In this document: one piece after another, positions 9,926 through 19,797 of the stretch
Layout of the letters: each line of letters starts with the position of its first letter
How positions within the stretch are numbered: position 1 is the stretch's first letter
Assembly (NCBI GenBank): GCA_963714015.1
Contig: OY970223.1
Span: 704,001 to 768,000, forward strand
Direction of reading: 5' to 3'
Length of the DNA: 64,000 bases
From: Vulcanimicrobiota bacterium
Lineage (GTDB): Bacteria > Vulcanimicrobiota > Vulcanimicrobiia > Vulcanimicrobiales > Vulcanimicrobiaceae
Position numbers and translations under genes: made by a program
The notes under the pieces: generated by a model
Told to the model about the DNA's origin: nothing
Databases searched by the model: none
What the model saw: only the letters and a program-made list of their open reading frames with translations

Positions 9926-10786
9926 TTGCACGTTTTCCTGGCCGCCTCGTGGCTCGATCCCATCGTTCACGCCGTCGCCTTCGTCGTCGACCACATCAAT
10001 GTGGTGGTGCACAATCGCGGGTGGAGTTTGGTGCTCTTCGCGTTCGGCCTGAAGTTGCTGTTCTGGCCGCTCAACACGAAGCAGTTCGTCTCGATGGTGA
10101 AGATGCAGCAGCTCGCGCCGCAGTTGAAAAAGCTTCAGGAGAAATACTCCAAAAGCGATCCGCAGAAGCTGCAGCAAGAGACGATGCAGCTGTACAAAAA
10201 GAACGGCGCCAATCCGCTCGCCGGCTGCTGGCCGATGCTCGTGCAGTATCCGTTCATCATCAGCGTTTACTATGCCGTCATTCAAAACAAAGCGGCATAT
10301 GCCGGCGAGCACTGGCTCTGGATCGGATCGCAGTTCACGCAGAACATGCCGGTGTTGCCCCTTTGGAAAGCGCCGCTGCTGGCCTCGAGCTTGGCGTTGC
10401 CCGATTTGGTGTTGCTGATCGGATACATGATTTCGATGTACCTGTTCTCGCGTTACGCGACCATGCCGTCGACGGATCCGCAGCAGGCGCAAACACAGAA
10501 GATGATGGCCATTGTGTCCCCGCTGATGCTGGGCTACTTCGGATTTCAGTGGAAGTGGCCGTCCGCGATGGTCCTGTACTGGTTTTCGTACAACGTTTTC
10601 ACGATGGCGCAGCAATTCTATCTGCTGCGCAGGTTCCATCAGCCGCTTTCGGTGCTGGACAACGAGCACGCCATAACCGATATTCAGGAGCCGGCGCCGG
10701 CCAAAGCGATAGCGGGCAACGGCGCCCCCAGAACTTCTTCCGGACCGAAATCATCCGCAAAGAAAAAGAAAGGCGCAAAGCGATAA
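9926..10786 (+). CDS. yidC: Membrane protein insertase YidC, short form
   Basis: Motifs KMQQLAPQLKKLQEKY, NPLAGCWPMLVQ and PSAMVLYW; operon context. Confidence 0.93.
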   Translation: MHVFLAASWLDPIVHAVAFVVDHINVVVHNRGWSLVLFAFGLKLLFWPLNTKQFVSMVKMQQLAPQLKKLQEKYSKSDPQKLQQETMQLYKKNGANPLAGCWPMLVQYPFIISVYYAVIQNKAAYAGEHWLWIGSQFTQNMPVLPLWKAPLLASSLALPDLVLLIGYMISMYLFSRYATMPSTDPQQAQTQKMMAIVSPLMLGYFGFQWKWPSAMVLYWFSYNVFTMAQQFYLLRRFHQPLSVLDNEHAITDIQEPAPAKAIAGNGAPRTSSGPKSSAKKKKGAKR

Positions 10787-10789
10787 CCG

Positions 10790-11440
10790 ATGTTCGAAGA
10801 CGACATTGAACCCGAAGACGAGCAGCCGGCCGACATCCGAGACCGGAACATTCCGGGACGCGGCGGCAGCGGCGGCCGCCGTCCGCCCGGCGGAGCACCT
10901 CGACGGGGCGCACCCGGCGGCGATCGCCGTAAAATGCAGAACGAAGGAGGTCACGCGCCCCGTGCTCCGCGGGTCAAGCAAGAGTTTCCGGAGGATGCCA
11001 AACCGGCGCGCGCGCTGCTCGAAGAGATTCTGTCGCGCATGGGCGTGCCGCATGCGGAGATCGATTACGTGCCGCGTCCCGAAGGCGAATATTTTGAGGT
11101 AACGGGACCGGACCTGGCGATGCTGATCGGCCGGCACGGCAACACGCTCGAGGCGCTGAATTTGGTTTTCAACAACATCCTCAACACCGGCGTGAAGTCG
11201 AACCGCCGTTACTACACGATCGATGCCGAAGGGTACCGCGCGCGTCGCGCGGACCAGCTCAAGAATTTGGCGCTGACCACGCTCGAGCGGTGCATCCGAG
11301 AAAAGAAGCCGCAGAAACTCGATCCGATGCTGCCCTCGGAACGCAAGATCGTGCATCTGGCGCTGGCCGAGAACCAGCACGTGCGAACGGAGTCCGAAGG
11401 AGTCGAGCCCGAACGCCGCGTGGTGGTATTTCCGAAGTAG
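10790..11440 (+). CDS. jag: Jag/KhpB/EloR RNA-binding protein (KH + R3H)
   Basis: KH motif LIGRHGNTLEAL; R3H region PMLPSERKIVHLAL...TESEGVEPERRVVV. Confidence 0.9.
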   Translation: MFEDDIEPEDEQPADIRDRNIPGRGGSGGRRPPGGAPRRGAPGGDRRKMQNEGGHAPRAPRVKQEFPEDAKPARALLEEILSRMGVPHAEIDYVPRPEGEYFEVTGPDLAMLIGRHGNTLEALNLVFNNILNTGVKSNRRYYTIDAEGYRARRADQLKNLALTTLERCIREKKPQKLDPMLPSERKIVHLALAENQHVRTESEGVEPERRVVVFPK

Positions 11441-12777
11441 AGACAATCGCCGCGATCGCGACGCCGCCGGGCAAGGGCGCAATCGCGATCGTGCGCGTCT
11501 CCGGTTCGCAGGCGCAGCATCTTGCCCGGCGCGTGTTTCGTTCGAAAAGAACGCTGCAATCGCGAATGGCGACGTACGGCACCGTCGTTGACGAGGCCGG
11601 TGCGGCGATAGACCGGGGACTCGCTCTGCTTTCCATTGGGCCGCACAGTTACACGGGCGAGGACATGCTGGAATTGCACGTCCACGGTTCGCCGGTGGTC
11701 GCGCGAGAAGTCATGCGTACGTTGATCGCATGCGGCGCGCGCGCCGCGCAGCCCGGCGAATTCACGCGACGCGCGTTCTTGAACGGCAAACTCGATCTGC
11801 ACGCCGCCTCTGCCGTTGCCGATCTGATCGAAGCGGAGACCCGATCCGCAGCCCGCGCCGCGATTGCGAATTTGGCGGGCGGTCTTGCCGCCGAAGTGCG
11901 GCGGATTCGCGCCGAGTTGCTGCAGATTTTGGAAGAGCTTGCCGGCTCGATCGATTTTCCCGACGAGGTTCCCGAACCGGATCGCCTGCACGTTCGAGAG
12001 CGCGTCGACCACGTGGAGACGCAGTTGCGAAAACTGCTGCGCGAAGGCGAAGCGGGCAGACTCGTTCGCGAAGGCGTCAGCGTCGCGATCGTCGGTCCGC
12101 CCAACGCCGGAAAGTCCTCGTTACTCAATGCGCTGCTCGGCGAAGAGCGCGCTCTCGTTTCGGAGATCGCCGGCACGACGCGGGATACGATCGAAGAGTC
12201 GATCGTAATTCAAGGCGTTCAGGTGCGGCTAATCGACACCGCCGGTATTCGCGCGCACGCCGATCGGCTCGAATCTGCCGGTATCGAACGCACCCGGCGC
12301 GCATTGCAAAGCGCGCGCTTGGCGCTGATTGTAATCGACGGATCGCATCCGCTCGGGCGTGCAGCGAGGAGTCTGCTCGACGAGACGGCCGGACGCTCCC
12401 GCATCGTATTCTTCAATAAAGCCGATCTGGGCGAGGGCGGCATCGTTCCGATTGCGCCGGGGGCTACGGTGCTCGGCAGCGCCTACGACCATGCGACGCT
12501 GGAGTCGCTGCGGACGGCCATCGCGCGCGAGGTCTGGAACGGCGAGGAGCCGGACTTGGAGCGCCCGCACTTGGCGTCCGCCGCGGAGTTTGATGCCGCT
12601 GCGCAAGCCCTCGCCGCGCTGGAATCGGCGCAGACCACACTTCGGGCCGGCGATCCCGTCGATCTGATTGCCGGCGAGCTTCAGCGTGCTCATGCGGAAC
12701 TGGGCCACATTACCGGCGATGCGGCCGGTGAGGAGTTGCTCGCGTCCATTTTCGCCCGCTTCTGCATCGGCAAATAG
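11428..12777 (+). CDS. mnmE: tRNA modification GTPase MnmE (start uncertain)
   Basis: Motifs TIAAIATPPG, SYTGED, GEFTRRAFLNGK, GPPNAGKSS, DTAG and C-terminal FCIGK. Confidence 0.95.
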   Translation: MSEVETIAAIATPPGKGAIAIVRVSGSQAQHLARRVFRSKRTLQSRMATYGTVVDEAGAAIDRGLALLSIGPHSYTGEDMLELHVHGSPVVAREVMRTLIACGARAAQPGEFTRRAFLNGKLDLHAASAVADLIEAETRSAARAAIANLAGGLAAEVRRIRAELLQILEELAGSIDFPDEVPEPDRLHVRERVDHVETQLRKLLREGEAGRLVREGVSVAIVGPPNAGKSSLLNALLGEERALVSEIAGTTRDTIEESIVIQGVQVRLIDTAGIRAHADRLESAGIERTRRALQSARLALIVIDGSHPLGRAARSLLDETAGRSRIVFFNKADLGEGGIVPIAPGATVLGSAYDHATLESLRTAIAREVWNGEEPDLERPHLASAAEFDAAAQALAALESAQTTLRAGDPVDLIAGELQRAHAELGHITGDAAGEELLASIFARFCIGK

Positions 12778-12821
12778 CCGGGGCGCTCCGCGTCTGCGCC
12801 GGACTGTCGCGTTGCGCGGCC

Positions 12822-12830
12822 TGGTAGAAT
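12822..12830 (+). promoter_or_regulatory. Extended -10 promoter candidate for mnmG (near-leaderless)
   Basis: TGG-TAGAAT ends 8 nt before the ATG; no SD. Confidence 0.5.
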
Positions 12831-12838
12831 AGAGCGTC

Positions 12839-14701
12839 ATGCGCGCTTCACCTCGGGCGGACGACGCCGGCGTCATCGTTGTGGGCGGAGGGCACGCCGG
12901 AGTGGAGGCGGCCCTGGCCTGCGCGCGTCTCGGAATTGCGACCATGCTCGTGACCGGCGATCCCGAAAAGATCTGTACGCTGCCCTGCAATCCGTCCATC
13001 GGCGGCAGCGCCAAAGGCCAGCTCGTGCGGGAAATCGATGCGCTCGGCGGCGAGATGGCGCGCATCATCGACAAGTGTTCGGTGCATTCGCGTTTTTTGA
13101 ACGAATCCAAAGGACCGGCGGTGCGCGCACTGCGGGCGCTGGCCGACAAGCCTCGGTACGCGCGTTTGGCGATCGAAGCGCTGCGCTCCGAGCCGAACCT
13201 GCAGATCGCTCGGGGTTTGGTTGAGGCGCTGATCGTTTCCGCCGGAGAGATTCGCGGCGTGATTTGCGCGGGCGGCGCGCGTTACTATGCACGCCGAGTC
13301 GTTCTTGCCACGGGGACGTTTTTGGGAGGCAAGACCTTTCGCGGTGACGTCGTGCAAGCGGAAGGACGTTTTGGCGAAGCCCCCGCAGCGGGACTTTCGC
13401 AATCGCTGCGGTCGCTCGGGTTTCCGACGAAACGTTTGAAGACGGGAACGCCGCCGCGCATCGATCGCGCGCACCTGAACGTCGGTTCGATGCAAGAGCA
13501 ATCGCCGAGCGCGGTGCCGCTTCCATTTTCGTACGACTCCGAACTGCGGTTTGCCGGACCGCAGCTTCCATGCTACGTAACCGAAACGAACGCGCGAACG
13601 CATGCGCTGGTGCGCGAGAATCTGCATCGCTCGCCGCTGTACGGACTCGATTTGATCGAAGGAATCGGACCGCGCTATTGTCCGTCGATCGAAGACAAGG
13701 TCGTGAAATTCGCGCACAATCCGACGCATCAATTGTTCGTCGAACCCGAAGGTTGGGACGAACCCACGTGGTACGTCGGCGGTTTTTCGACCTCACTGCC
13801 CGCCGAAGTGCAGATTGAAATGCTGCACACGCTGCCCGGTTTGGAGGATGCGGTCATGCTCCGCGCGGGCTACGCCGTGGAGTACGACATGGTTCCGCCG
13901 ACGGAATTGCGCGATACGCTCGAGACGCATCGCATTGCTGGTTTATACCATTGCGGTCAGATCAACGGAACGTCGGGATACGAAGAGGCGGCGGCGCAAG
14001 GACTGATCGCCGGAATAAACGCGGCGCGCGGCGCGAAGGGTTTGGAGCCTATACGTTTGGCGCGATCGCAAGCATATATCGGCGTGCTCATCGACGACCT
14101 GGTCACCAAGGGCGTCGACGAACCGTACCGCATGCTGACATCACGCGCCGAACATCGCATCGTGCTGCGTCACGACAACGCGGACACGCGTCTGACTCCC
14201 GTTGGACGAGAGGCCGGCCTGATCGATGACGTTCAGTGGGAGCGCTTTAAGGAGCGGCGCGAGTCAATCGCACGAGGATCGGCTGACGCGAAGTCCACGC
14301 GCATCGGCGTTCGAGAATTTGCGGGGGAATTCTTCGAAGGTGACGCCACCGCGGCCGATGCGCTGCGGCGGCCGGCTTTGGATTTTGAGGCCGTTGCACC
14401 GCTCCTCGCGCCGATATCACGCGAGATTGGCGAGCGCATCGCCATCGAAATCAAGTTTGAAGGCTACGTTCGCAGGCAGGAGATTGCGATCGAGAAGGCG
14501 GCCAAGAACGAGCACGTGGAGATTCCGGAGCAGCTTTCATACGAAAGCATCGCGGCGCTCTCGCGGGAGGCCCGAGAGAAGCTCGGCCGGCAACGACCGC
14601 GCACACTCGGCGCGGCGAGCCGCATTCCGGGCGTTACGCCGTCCGACGTCGCCGTGCTGTCGCTCTACGTAAAGCGTCCGGCCGTGACCGCTTCGGGCTA
14701 G
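12839..14701 (+). CDS. mnmG: tRNA uridine-5-carboxymethylaminomethyl modification enzyme MnmG
   Basis: Motifs [36 protein letters not shown] and [16 protein letters not shown]. Confidence 0.97.
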   Translation: MRASPRADDAGVIVVGGGHAGVEAALACARLGIATMLVTGDPEKICTLPCNPSIGGSAKGQLVREIDALGGEMARIIDKCSVHSRFLNESKGPAVRALRALADKPRYARLAIEALRSEPNLQIARGLVEALIVSAGEIRGVICAGGARYYARRVVLATGTFLGGKTFRGDVVQAEGRFGEAPAAGLSQSLRSLGFPTKRLKTGTPPRIDRAHLNVGSMQEQSPSAVPLPFSYDSELRFAGPQLPCYVTETNARTHALVRENLHRSPLYGLDLIEGIGPRYCPSIEDKVVKFAHNPTHQLFVEPEGWDEPTWYVGGFSTSLPAEVQIEMLHTLPGLEDAVMLRAGYAVEYDMVPPTELRDTLETHRIAGLYHCGQINGTSGYEEAAAQGLIAGINAARGAKGLEPIRLARSQAYIGVLIDDLVTKGVDEPYRMLTSRAEHRIVLRHDNADTRLTPVGREAGLIDDVQWERFKERRESIARGSADAKSTRIGVREFAGEFFEGDATAADALRRPALDFEAVAPLLAPISREIGERIAIEIKFEGYVRRQEIAIEKAAKNEHVEIPEQLSYESIAALSREAREKLGRQRPRTLGAASRIPGVTPSDVAVLSLYVKRPAVTASG

Positions 14702-15381
14702 TGAAAGAGGCGTCCGCCCTTCGGGACCTTCTGATCGCAGGCGGAGTCGGTGAAGCGCAGGCTTCACGTTTGGCCGACTATGGCGGGCTTCTGCTCGAGG
14801 CGAACCGCCGCTTTAACCTGAGCGGCGCGGATACCCCGGCCGAATTGGCCCCGCATATTCTGGACAGTCTGACCTTGGCGCCTTATGTGTCGGGCACGTT
14901 GGCCGACGTCGGTTCGGGAGGCGGGCTGCCGGCGATACCGCTCGCCATCGCGACGGCGATACCGGTAACGATGATTGAGTCCACTGCCAAGAAGGCGGCT
15001 TTCCTGCGGCACGTTCTCTCGGAATTGGAATTATCGGGCCGCGTCGTCCCGCAGCGCGCGGAACAGTCCGGACGGGACCCGGCCATGCGTGAGGCATTCG
15101 ATTGCGCGACGGCACGCGCCGTTTCGAGCGCACCGGCGGTTCTCGAGCTCGCGGCGCCGTTCTTGCGAATCGGCGGGCGAGCGCTGTTGCAGCGCGGCGC
15201 CATGGACGGCCGCGAGCGCAACGCAGTCGTCGATGCTGCCCCGATGCTCGGCCTCGAATTCAATCAGGAAGTGCCGCTGGGCGGCGATCGGCGAATTCTG
15301 GTGCTGACGAAGGTGCACTCGACGCCCGAACGCTTCCCGCGCCGCAACGGAATCCCCGAAAAGCGGCCGCTCTGTCTTTGA
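14701..15381 (+). CDS. rsmG: 16S rRNA m7G527 methyltransferase
   Basis: Motifs HILDSL, DVGSGGGLPAIPLAI and TARAV; follows mnmG. Confidence 0.93.
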   Translation: MKEASALRDLLIAGGVGEAQASRLADYGGLLLEANRRFNLSGADTPAELAPHILDSLTLAPYVSGTLADVGSGGGLPAIPLAIATAIPVTMIESTAKKAAFLRHVLSELELSGRVVPQRAEQSGRDPAMREAFDCATARAVSSAPAVLELAAPFLRIGGRALLQRGAMDGRERNAVVDAAPMLGLEFNQEVPLGGDRRILVLTKVHSTPERFPRRNGIPEKRPLCL

Positions 15382-15401
15382 CCGCGGGGGGTTCGCGCTG
15401 A

Positions 15402-15417
15402 CGTTCCACGTGAAACA
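15402..15417. promoter_or_regulatory. parS centromere-like site
   Basis: CGTTCCACGTGAAACA matches 14/16 positions of the widespread consensus TGTTTCACGTGAAACA; intergenic and 2 kb from parAB. Confidence 0.85.
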
Positions 15418-15501
15418 ATTAGGCGTGCCTAATTGCGAAAATCGCCGGAGAAGAACATTCCGGAACTCTCAGAGTACTACAGTCCGGGAGGTAACTCGCG
15501 A

Positions 15502-15735
15502 GTGGCAATTTGGTTCCTGCCCGTCATCCTACTCGGCCTCGTCGTCGCCGGTATACTGGCAGCAAGCAGGCCCCGGCTAAGAGATCCCCGGTTGGAGCGG
15601 ACCTGGTCGGATGATGACCCGGCTCCCTATGACGCTCCGGCCGGCAGTGAAGAGTTTCAGGAGCGACCGCATTCAATGCCCATAAACCCGGCATACGAGC
15701 GGATGCTCGACGAGGATCGACCCGCGGACTACTAG
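15502..15735 (+). CDS. Small single-pass membrane protein, hypothetical
   Basis: GGAGG SD before GTG; MAIWFLPVILLGLVVAGILAA transmembrane segment followed by an acidic tail. Confidence 0.6.
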   Translation: MAIWFLPVILLGLVVAGILAASRPRLRDPRLERTWSDDDPAPYDAPAGSEEFQERPHSMPINPAYERMLDEDRPADY

Positions 15736-15815
15736 CCGGCCGACGCTTTTGGAAAGCGCGAATGGCGGAACGGTCATAGCGTTCCGGTTTACGCAGGGGT
15801 ACGTTGGAAGGAACG

Positions 15816-15908
15816 ATGCAGGAATCGATTCGGCACTTCCTATTCTCGGCCGTTGCGCTCGGGGCGCTGGCGGCGGTCACGATCTTTCAACTCTACGGTA
15901 ACCACTAA
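15816..15908 (+). CDS. Putative 30-aa hydrophobic peptide
   Basis: Read manually: MQESIRHFLFSAVALGALAAVTIFQLYGNH; GGAAGGA upstream. Confidence 0.5.
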   Translation: MQESIRHFLFSAVALGALAAVTIFQLYGNH

Positions 15909-15965
15909 ATCACTTTCAGTGGTGGCGCGAGGCGGCCTTTGCGCGCCGCGCGAACCGCGCTGACG

Positions 15966-17343
15966 ATGTACGAGCCGCTCCCCGCCGATGCAGCGCTCGC
16001 CGCCGTGCTGCCGGAAGGTGCGCTCTTTGCGGTCGGCGGCCGAGTACGCGACGAACTTCGCCGCGAGCTGCATGACGAGCGAATCGCCCTCAAGGACCTG
16101 GATTACGTCGTGACGGGGCTGTCCGCCGGCGCGCTGGAGCAGCGGCTGCGCAAGGCCGGCAAGGTCGATCTCGTCGGCGCGTCCTTCGCGGTCTTCAAAG
16201 TGACTCTGGACGGCCGCACTATCGACGTGGCGCTTCCCCGGCGCGAACGATCGATCGGTTCGGGGCATCGCGATTTCGAGGTGGACAGCGGGCCCGAAAT
16301 CCCGCTCGAAGACGACCTTGCGCGGCGTGATTTCCGGATGAACATGATCGCGCGCGCGCTCCCTTCAGGCGAGATCGTCGATCCCTACGGCGGCGCCGAA
16401 GACATTCGCGCGCGGCGGATCGACATTTTGGCGGACCGCACGTTCGATGAGGATCCGCTGCGCATGCTGCGGGCGGCACAGTTCGCCGCGCGCTTTGAAT
16501 ACGACGTAACGGCGCGCACGCGCACCGCGATGGAAGCAGCGGCGCATTTGACGCCGGCGATATCCCCGGAACGAATTGCCGAAGAGGCTCACGAAGCTGT
16601 TGGTGCAGGCGCGCAAACCCTCGATTGGCCTCAATTTATTGGCCGAGACGGGCGTTTTGGCGTACGTTTGGCCGGAGCTTACCGAAGGCGCCGGAGTTGA
16701 ACAGAACGAGTGGCATGCATATGACGTTTTTCGTCATAACCTCGAAACTGCCGATGCCGCCGCTCCGGGCGATCTGGTCTTGCGCTTGAGCGCGCTGCTG
16801 CACGACGTCGGCAAGCCTCGCACCAAAGAGGGTCCGCACTTCTACCGGCACGAGCAAGTAGGGGCCGACATGGCGGTTGCCATGCTTTCACGCCTTCGTT
16901 TTTCGAACGACGTCATCGACACGGTGGAACCGCTCGTGCGCCAGCATATGTACGTCGCCGATCCCGATCTGAGCGATGCCGCAATCCGCCGCTTCGCGCG
17001 CAGAATCGGTCTGGAAAGGCTGGATCGACAGTTTGCGCTGCGGGCGGCCGATATTGCCGGGAGCGGCTTGCCCAAGCGCGACGACTCCAACGAGCGCTTT
17101 CAGTCTCGAGTGTATGCCGAGATTGCCCGGCGGCCGGCCTTTTCGATCAAAGACTTGGAGATCGGCGGCGAGGACGTCATCGAAACGATGATTCGCGCCG
17201 GTTTGGCGAGGCCCGGATTCGCCGGCGACGAACGTGTCGGAGAAGCGCTGCGCCATTTGTTCGAGCAGGTCACCGAACAGCCGGAGCGCAACAAGCGGGA
17301 CACGCTAAGAGCGCTGCTGGAGCAGTATTTCGGGGGTTCCTAA
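15966..17343 (+). CDS. cca: CCA tRNA nucleotidyltransferase with HD domain; apparent frameshift near 16585
   Basis: Motifs VGGRVRD, DLD, DLARRDF and EDPLRMLRA; the second frame has HAYDVFRH and LLHDVGKP. Confidence 0.88.
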
Positions 17344-17345
17344 CA

Positions 17346-18140
17346 CTGTCGCGAATCATCGCGCTCGTCAATCAAAAAGGCGGAGTCGGCAAGAGCACCA
17401 CTACGGTGAATTTGGGCGCCGCGCTGGCAGTTCTCGGCAAGAACGTTCTGGTCGTCGATCTCGATCCGCAAGGCAATACGTCTACCGGACTGGGCATCAA
17501 CAAATCCGAGCTCAAGCGCGACGTTTACGACCTGCTGATGCATCATGCCTCGATCGACGAAGTGCTTCGTCCCACCGAAATCGACAATCTCCATATCATT
17601 CCCGCGACGATCAATCTTGCAGGCGCGGAGATCGAATTGGTGTCGGCCCTCTCGCGCGAAAACCGCTTAAAAGGCGTGCTGGCGACGATCGCGGACAACT
17701 ATGATTTCGTGCTGATCGATTGCCCTCCGTCGCTGGGATTACTTACAATCAACGCGCTGACCGCAGCGCACGATGTGATCATTCCGGTGCAGGCCGAGTA
17801 CTACGCGCTCGAAGGACTCTCGCAACTCACCAACGTCGTGCGGCGCGTTCAGGACGCGCTCAATCCAAAGCTTCACGTCAGCGGCGTGCTGGTAACGATG
17901 TTCGACGGCCGAACCAAGCTCGCCATGGAAGTGCTGGACGAACTAAACGCGTACTTTCCGCGCCAGATGTTCAAGACGCAGATTCCACGCAACGTGCGCC
18001 TCTCGGAGGCTCCCTCGTTCGGCAAACCCGTGATCCTCTTCGACCTCAAATCCCGGGGCGCTCAAGCCTACATGTCTCTGGCTAAGGAGATGCTCGAAGC
18101 TTACGGCGCAGTGCGCGAGCCGCGCGCCTTCGCGCAGTGA
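17346..18140 (+). CDS. parA: Chromosome partitioning ATPase ParA/Soj
   Basis: The deviant Walker A (NQKGGVGKST) lies upstream of the called ORF, in frame from CTG 17346; also DLDPQGN, IDCPPSLG and PRNVRLSEAPS. Confidence 0.95.
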   Translation: MSRIIALVNQKGGVGKSTTTVNLGAALAVLGKNVLVVDLDPQGNTSTGLGINKSELKRDVYDLLMHHASIDEVLRPTEIDNLHIIPATINLAGAEIELVSALSRENRLKGVLATIADNYDFVLIDCPPSLGLLTINALTAAHDVIIPVQAEYYALEGLSQLTNVVRRVQDALNPKLHVSGVLVTMFDGRTKLAMEVLDELNAYFPRQMFKTQIPRNVRLSEAPSFGKPVILFDLKSRGAQAYMSLAKEMLEAYGAVREPRAFAQ

Positions 18141-19013
18141 GCAGCCCGCCGAAACGTGGTCTGGGACGTGGGCTGGGAGCGCTGCTCGGCGAGGGTCCCG
18201 TGCCCACCGCGCCCCGTCCGCCGGCGGAAGACGCCGTCCGCCAAATCGGCGTCGATCGCATCCGCCCCAATCCCAACCAACCGCGCAAGATCTTCAATGC
18301 CCAAGCGCTCGACGAACTGAAAGCCTCCATTTCCGAGCACGGAGTGCTCGTTCCGATCCTCGTGCGTGAACTGGCCGAAGGTTACGAACTGATTGCCGGG
18401 GAGCGCCGCTGGCGGGCGTGCGCCGCTCTGCAGCGCGCGGCGATTCCGGCGATCGTGCGCCCCAGCACGGACCGCGAAAGTTTGGAAGTCGCAATCATCG
18501 AGAATCTGCAGCGCGAAAACCTGAATCCGCTCGAAGAGGCCGCCGGCATCGCGCAGCTCATTGAAGCACATGCATTCACGCAGGAGGAGGTTGCCCAACG
18601 GCTGGGCCGCAGCCGCCCCTCGGTAAGCAATTCCCTTCGGTTGCTCTCGTTGCCGGAAGCCATTAAGGCCCTCGTCGCGGCCGGTCAGCTCAGCGGCGCG
18701 CACGCGCGCACACTGCTCGCCGCTCCCGAAAACGCACGATTGGAGCTTGCAAAGCGCATTGCCGCCGAAGGCCTCTCCGTTCGGGCACTCGAGAAGATCG
18801 TCGAGGCGCTCTCGGCGCCGCATCCGTTGCGCAAGAACGTCGTAAAGGCACCCGCACTTTCGGCCGAAGACCGCGACTTTGAAGGCCGCATGCGGATCAA
18901 GTACGGCGCCCACGTTTCGCTGCGGCGCAGCGGGGCCGCAGGCAGCATCGAGATCAAATATTCGAGCGAATCGGATTTGATACGCATCGCCGAGTCTGCT
19001 GTTGGGAGAATAA
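18137..19013 (+). CDS. parB: Chromosome partitioning protein ParB/Spo0J
   Basis: Motifs GLGRGLGALL, NPNQPRK, LIAGERRWRA, ENLQRENL and HTH region. The likely true end is ...LLGE-TAA at 19013 after an apparent indel near 18995. Confidence 0.93.
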
Positions 19014-19015
19014 TC

Positions 19016-19189
19016 CTGGTCCCGCTGCAACGCGTCCTCGCACTGCTGATGGCGGGCGTCTTCATCTTCGCGTTCCTGGTGCCGCTGGCGCTGGCGCGTC
19101 ACGCGTATCCTCTGATCGTCGCCCTCGTTGCGTTCTTCATCGTGTATTTGGCCGTGAATGCTTGGATATGGAAACGGATGCGATCGTAG
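19016..19189 (+). CDS. Small two-TM membrane protein (start uncertain)
   Basis: Two hydrophobic helices (VLALLMAGVFIFAFLVPLAL; LIVALVAFFIVYLAVNAWIW) appended to ParB in the ORF track. Confidence 0.55.
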   Translation: MVPLQRVLALLMAGVFIFAFLVPLALARHAYPLIVALVAFFIVYLAVNAWIWKRMRS

Positions 19190-19797
19190 CGCGCCTCACC
19201 GGAATCTATGCAATCCTCAACGAGGGGCCGGCCGATCCGGTCGCGCTGGGCGCACAAGTGCTTGCAGGCGGCGTGCGGATTCTGCAATATCGCGCAAAGA
19301 GCGGGTTGGTTCCGAATCACGCACGCGCGCTTCGGCGCCTCACGCGCGAACACCACGCCCTCTTGATCCTGAACGACGACTGGCGCGCCGTCGAACCGTT
19401 CGAGGCGGATGGGGTTCACATCGGACCGGAAGATGCCGCGCCCGAGCAGCTCGCGGACATCCGCGCGGCAATGGACGGCCGAATCTTGGGCATTTCATGC
19501 GGCACCGCGCAAGAGGCCAATGCGGCCCAGTGGGCCGGCGCAGACTACATCGGCGCGGGGTGCGTCTTTGCGACGCAATCGAAGGCCGACGCAGGCGAAC
19601 CGATCGGCATTCCCGGGCTGCGGCGAATTGCGGAAGCGACACCTTTGCCGGTCGCTGCCATCGGTGGTATAACGGCGGAAAATTTGTGGGAGGTTCGACG
19701 TACGGGCGTCGCGATGGCGGCGGTAATCTCCGCGATCTCCGCTGGTGCCGATCCGCTTGCCGCCGCGTCCGCGCTGGTTTGGGCTTGGAACGAATAA
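19168..19797 (+). CDS. thiE: Thiamine phosphate synthase
   Basis: Motifs LQYRAK, LILNDD, ADGVHIG, GADYIGAG, FATQSK and VAAIGGI. Confidence 0.92.
   Translation: METDAIVARLTGIYAILNEGPADPVALGAQVLAGGVRILQYRAKSGLVPNHARALRRLTREHHALLILNDDWRAVEPFEADGVHIGPEDAAPEQLADIRAAMDGRILGISCGTAQEANAAQWAGADYIGAGCVFATQSKADAGEPIGIPGLRRIAEATPLPVAAIGGITAENLWEVRRTGVAMAAVISAISAGADPLAAASALVWAWNE

Noticed and set aside
12778..12805. GGGCGCTCCG after mnmE as another copy of the element end
   Set aside because: Only about 9 nt match, in the wrong orientation and without the TTTCA terminus.
18137..19189. ParB fused to two TM helices
   Set aside because: A one-base shift near 18995 restores an ordinary ParB end (LLGE-TAA). 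In an indel-rich assembly the fusion is probably an artefact.
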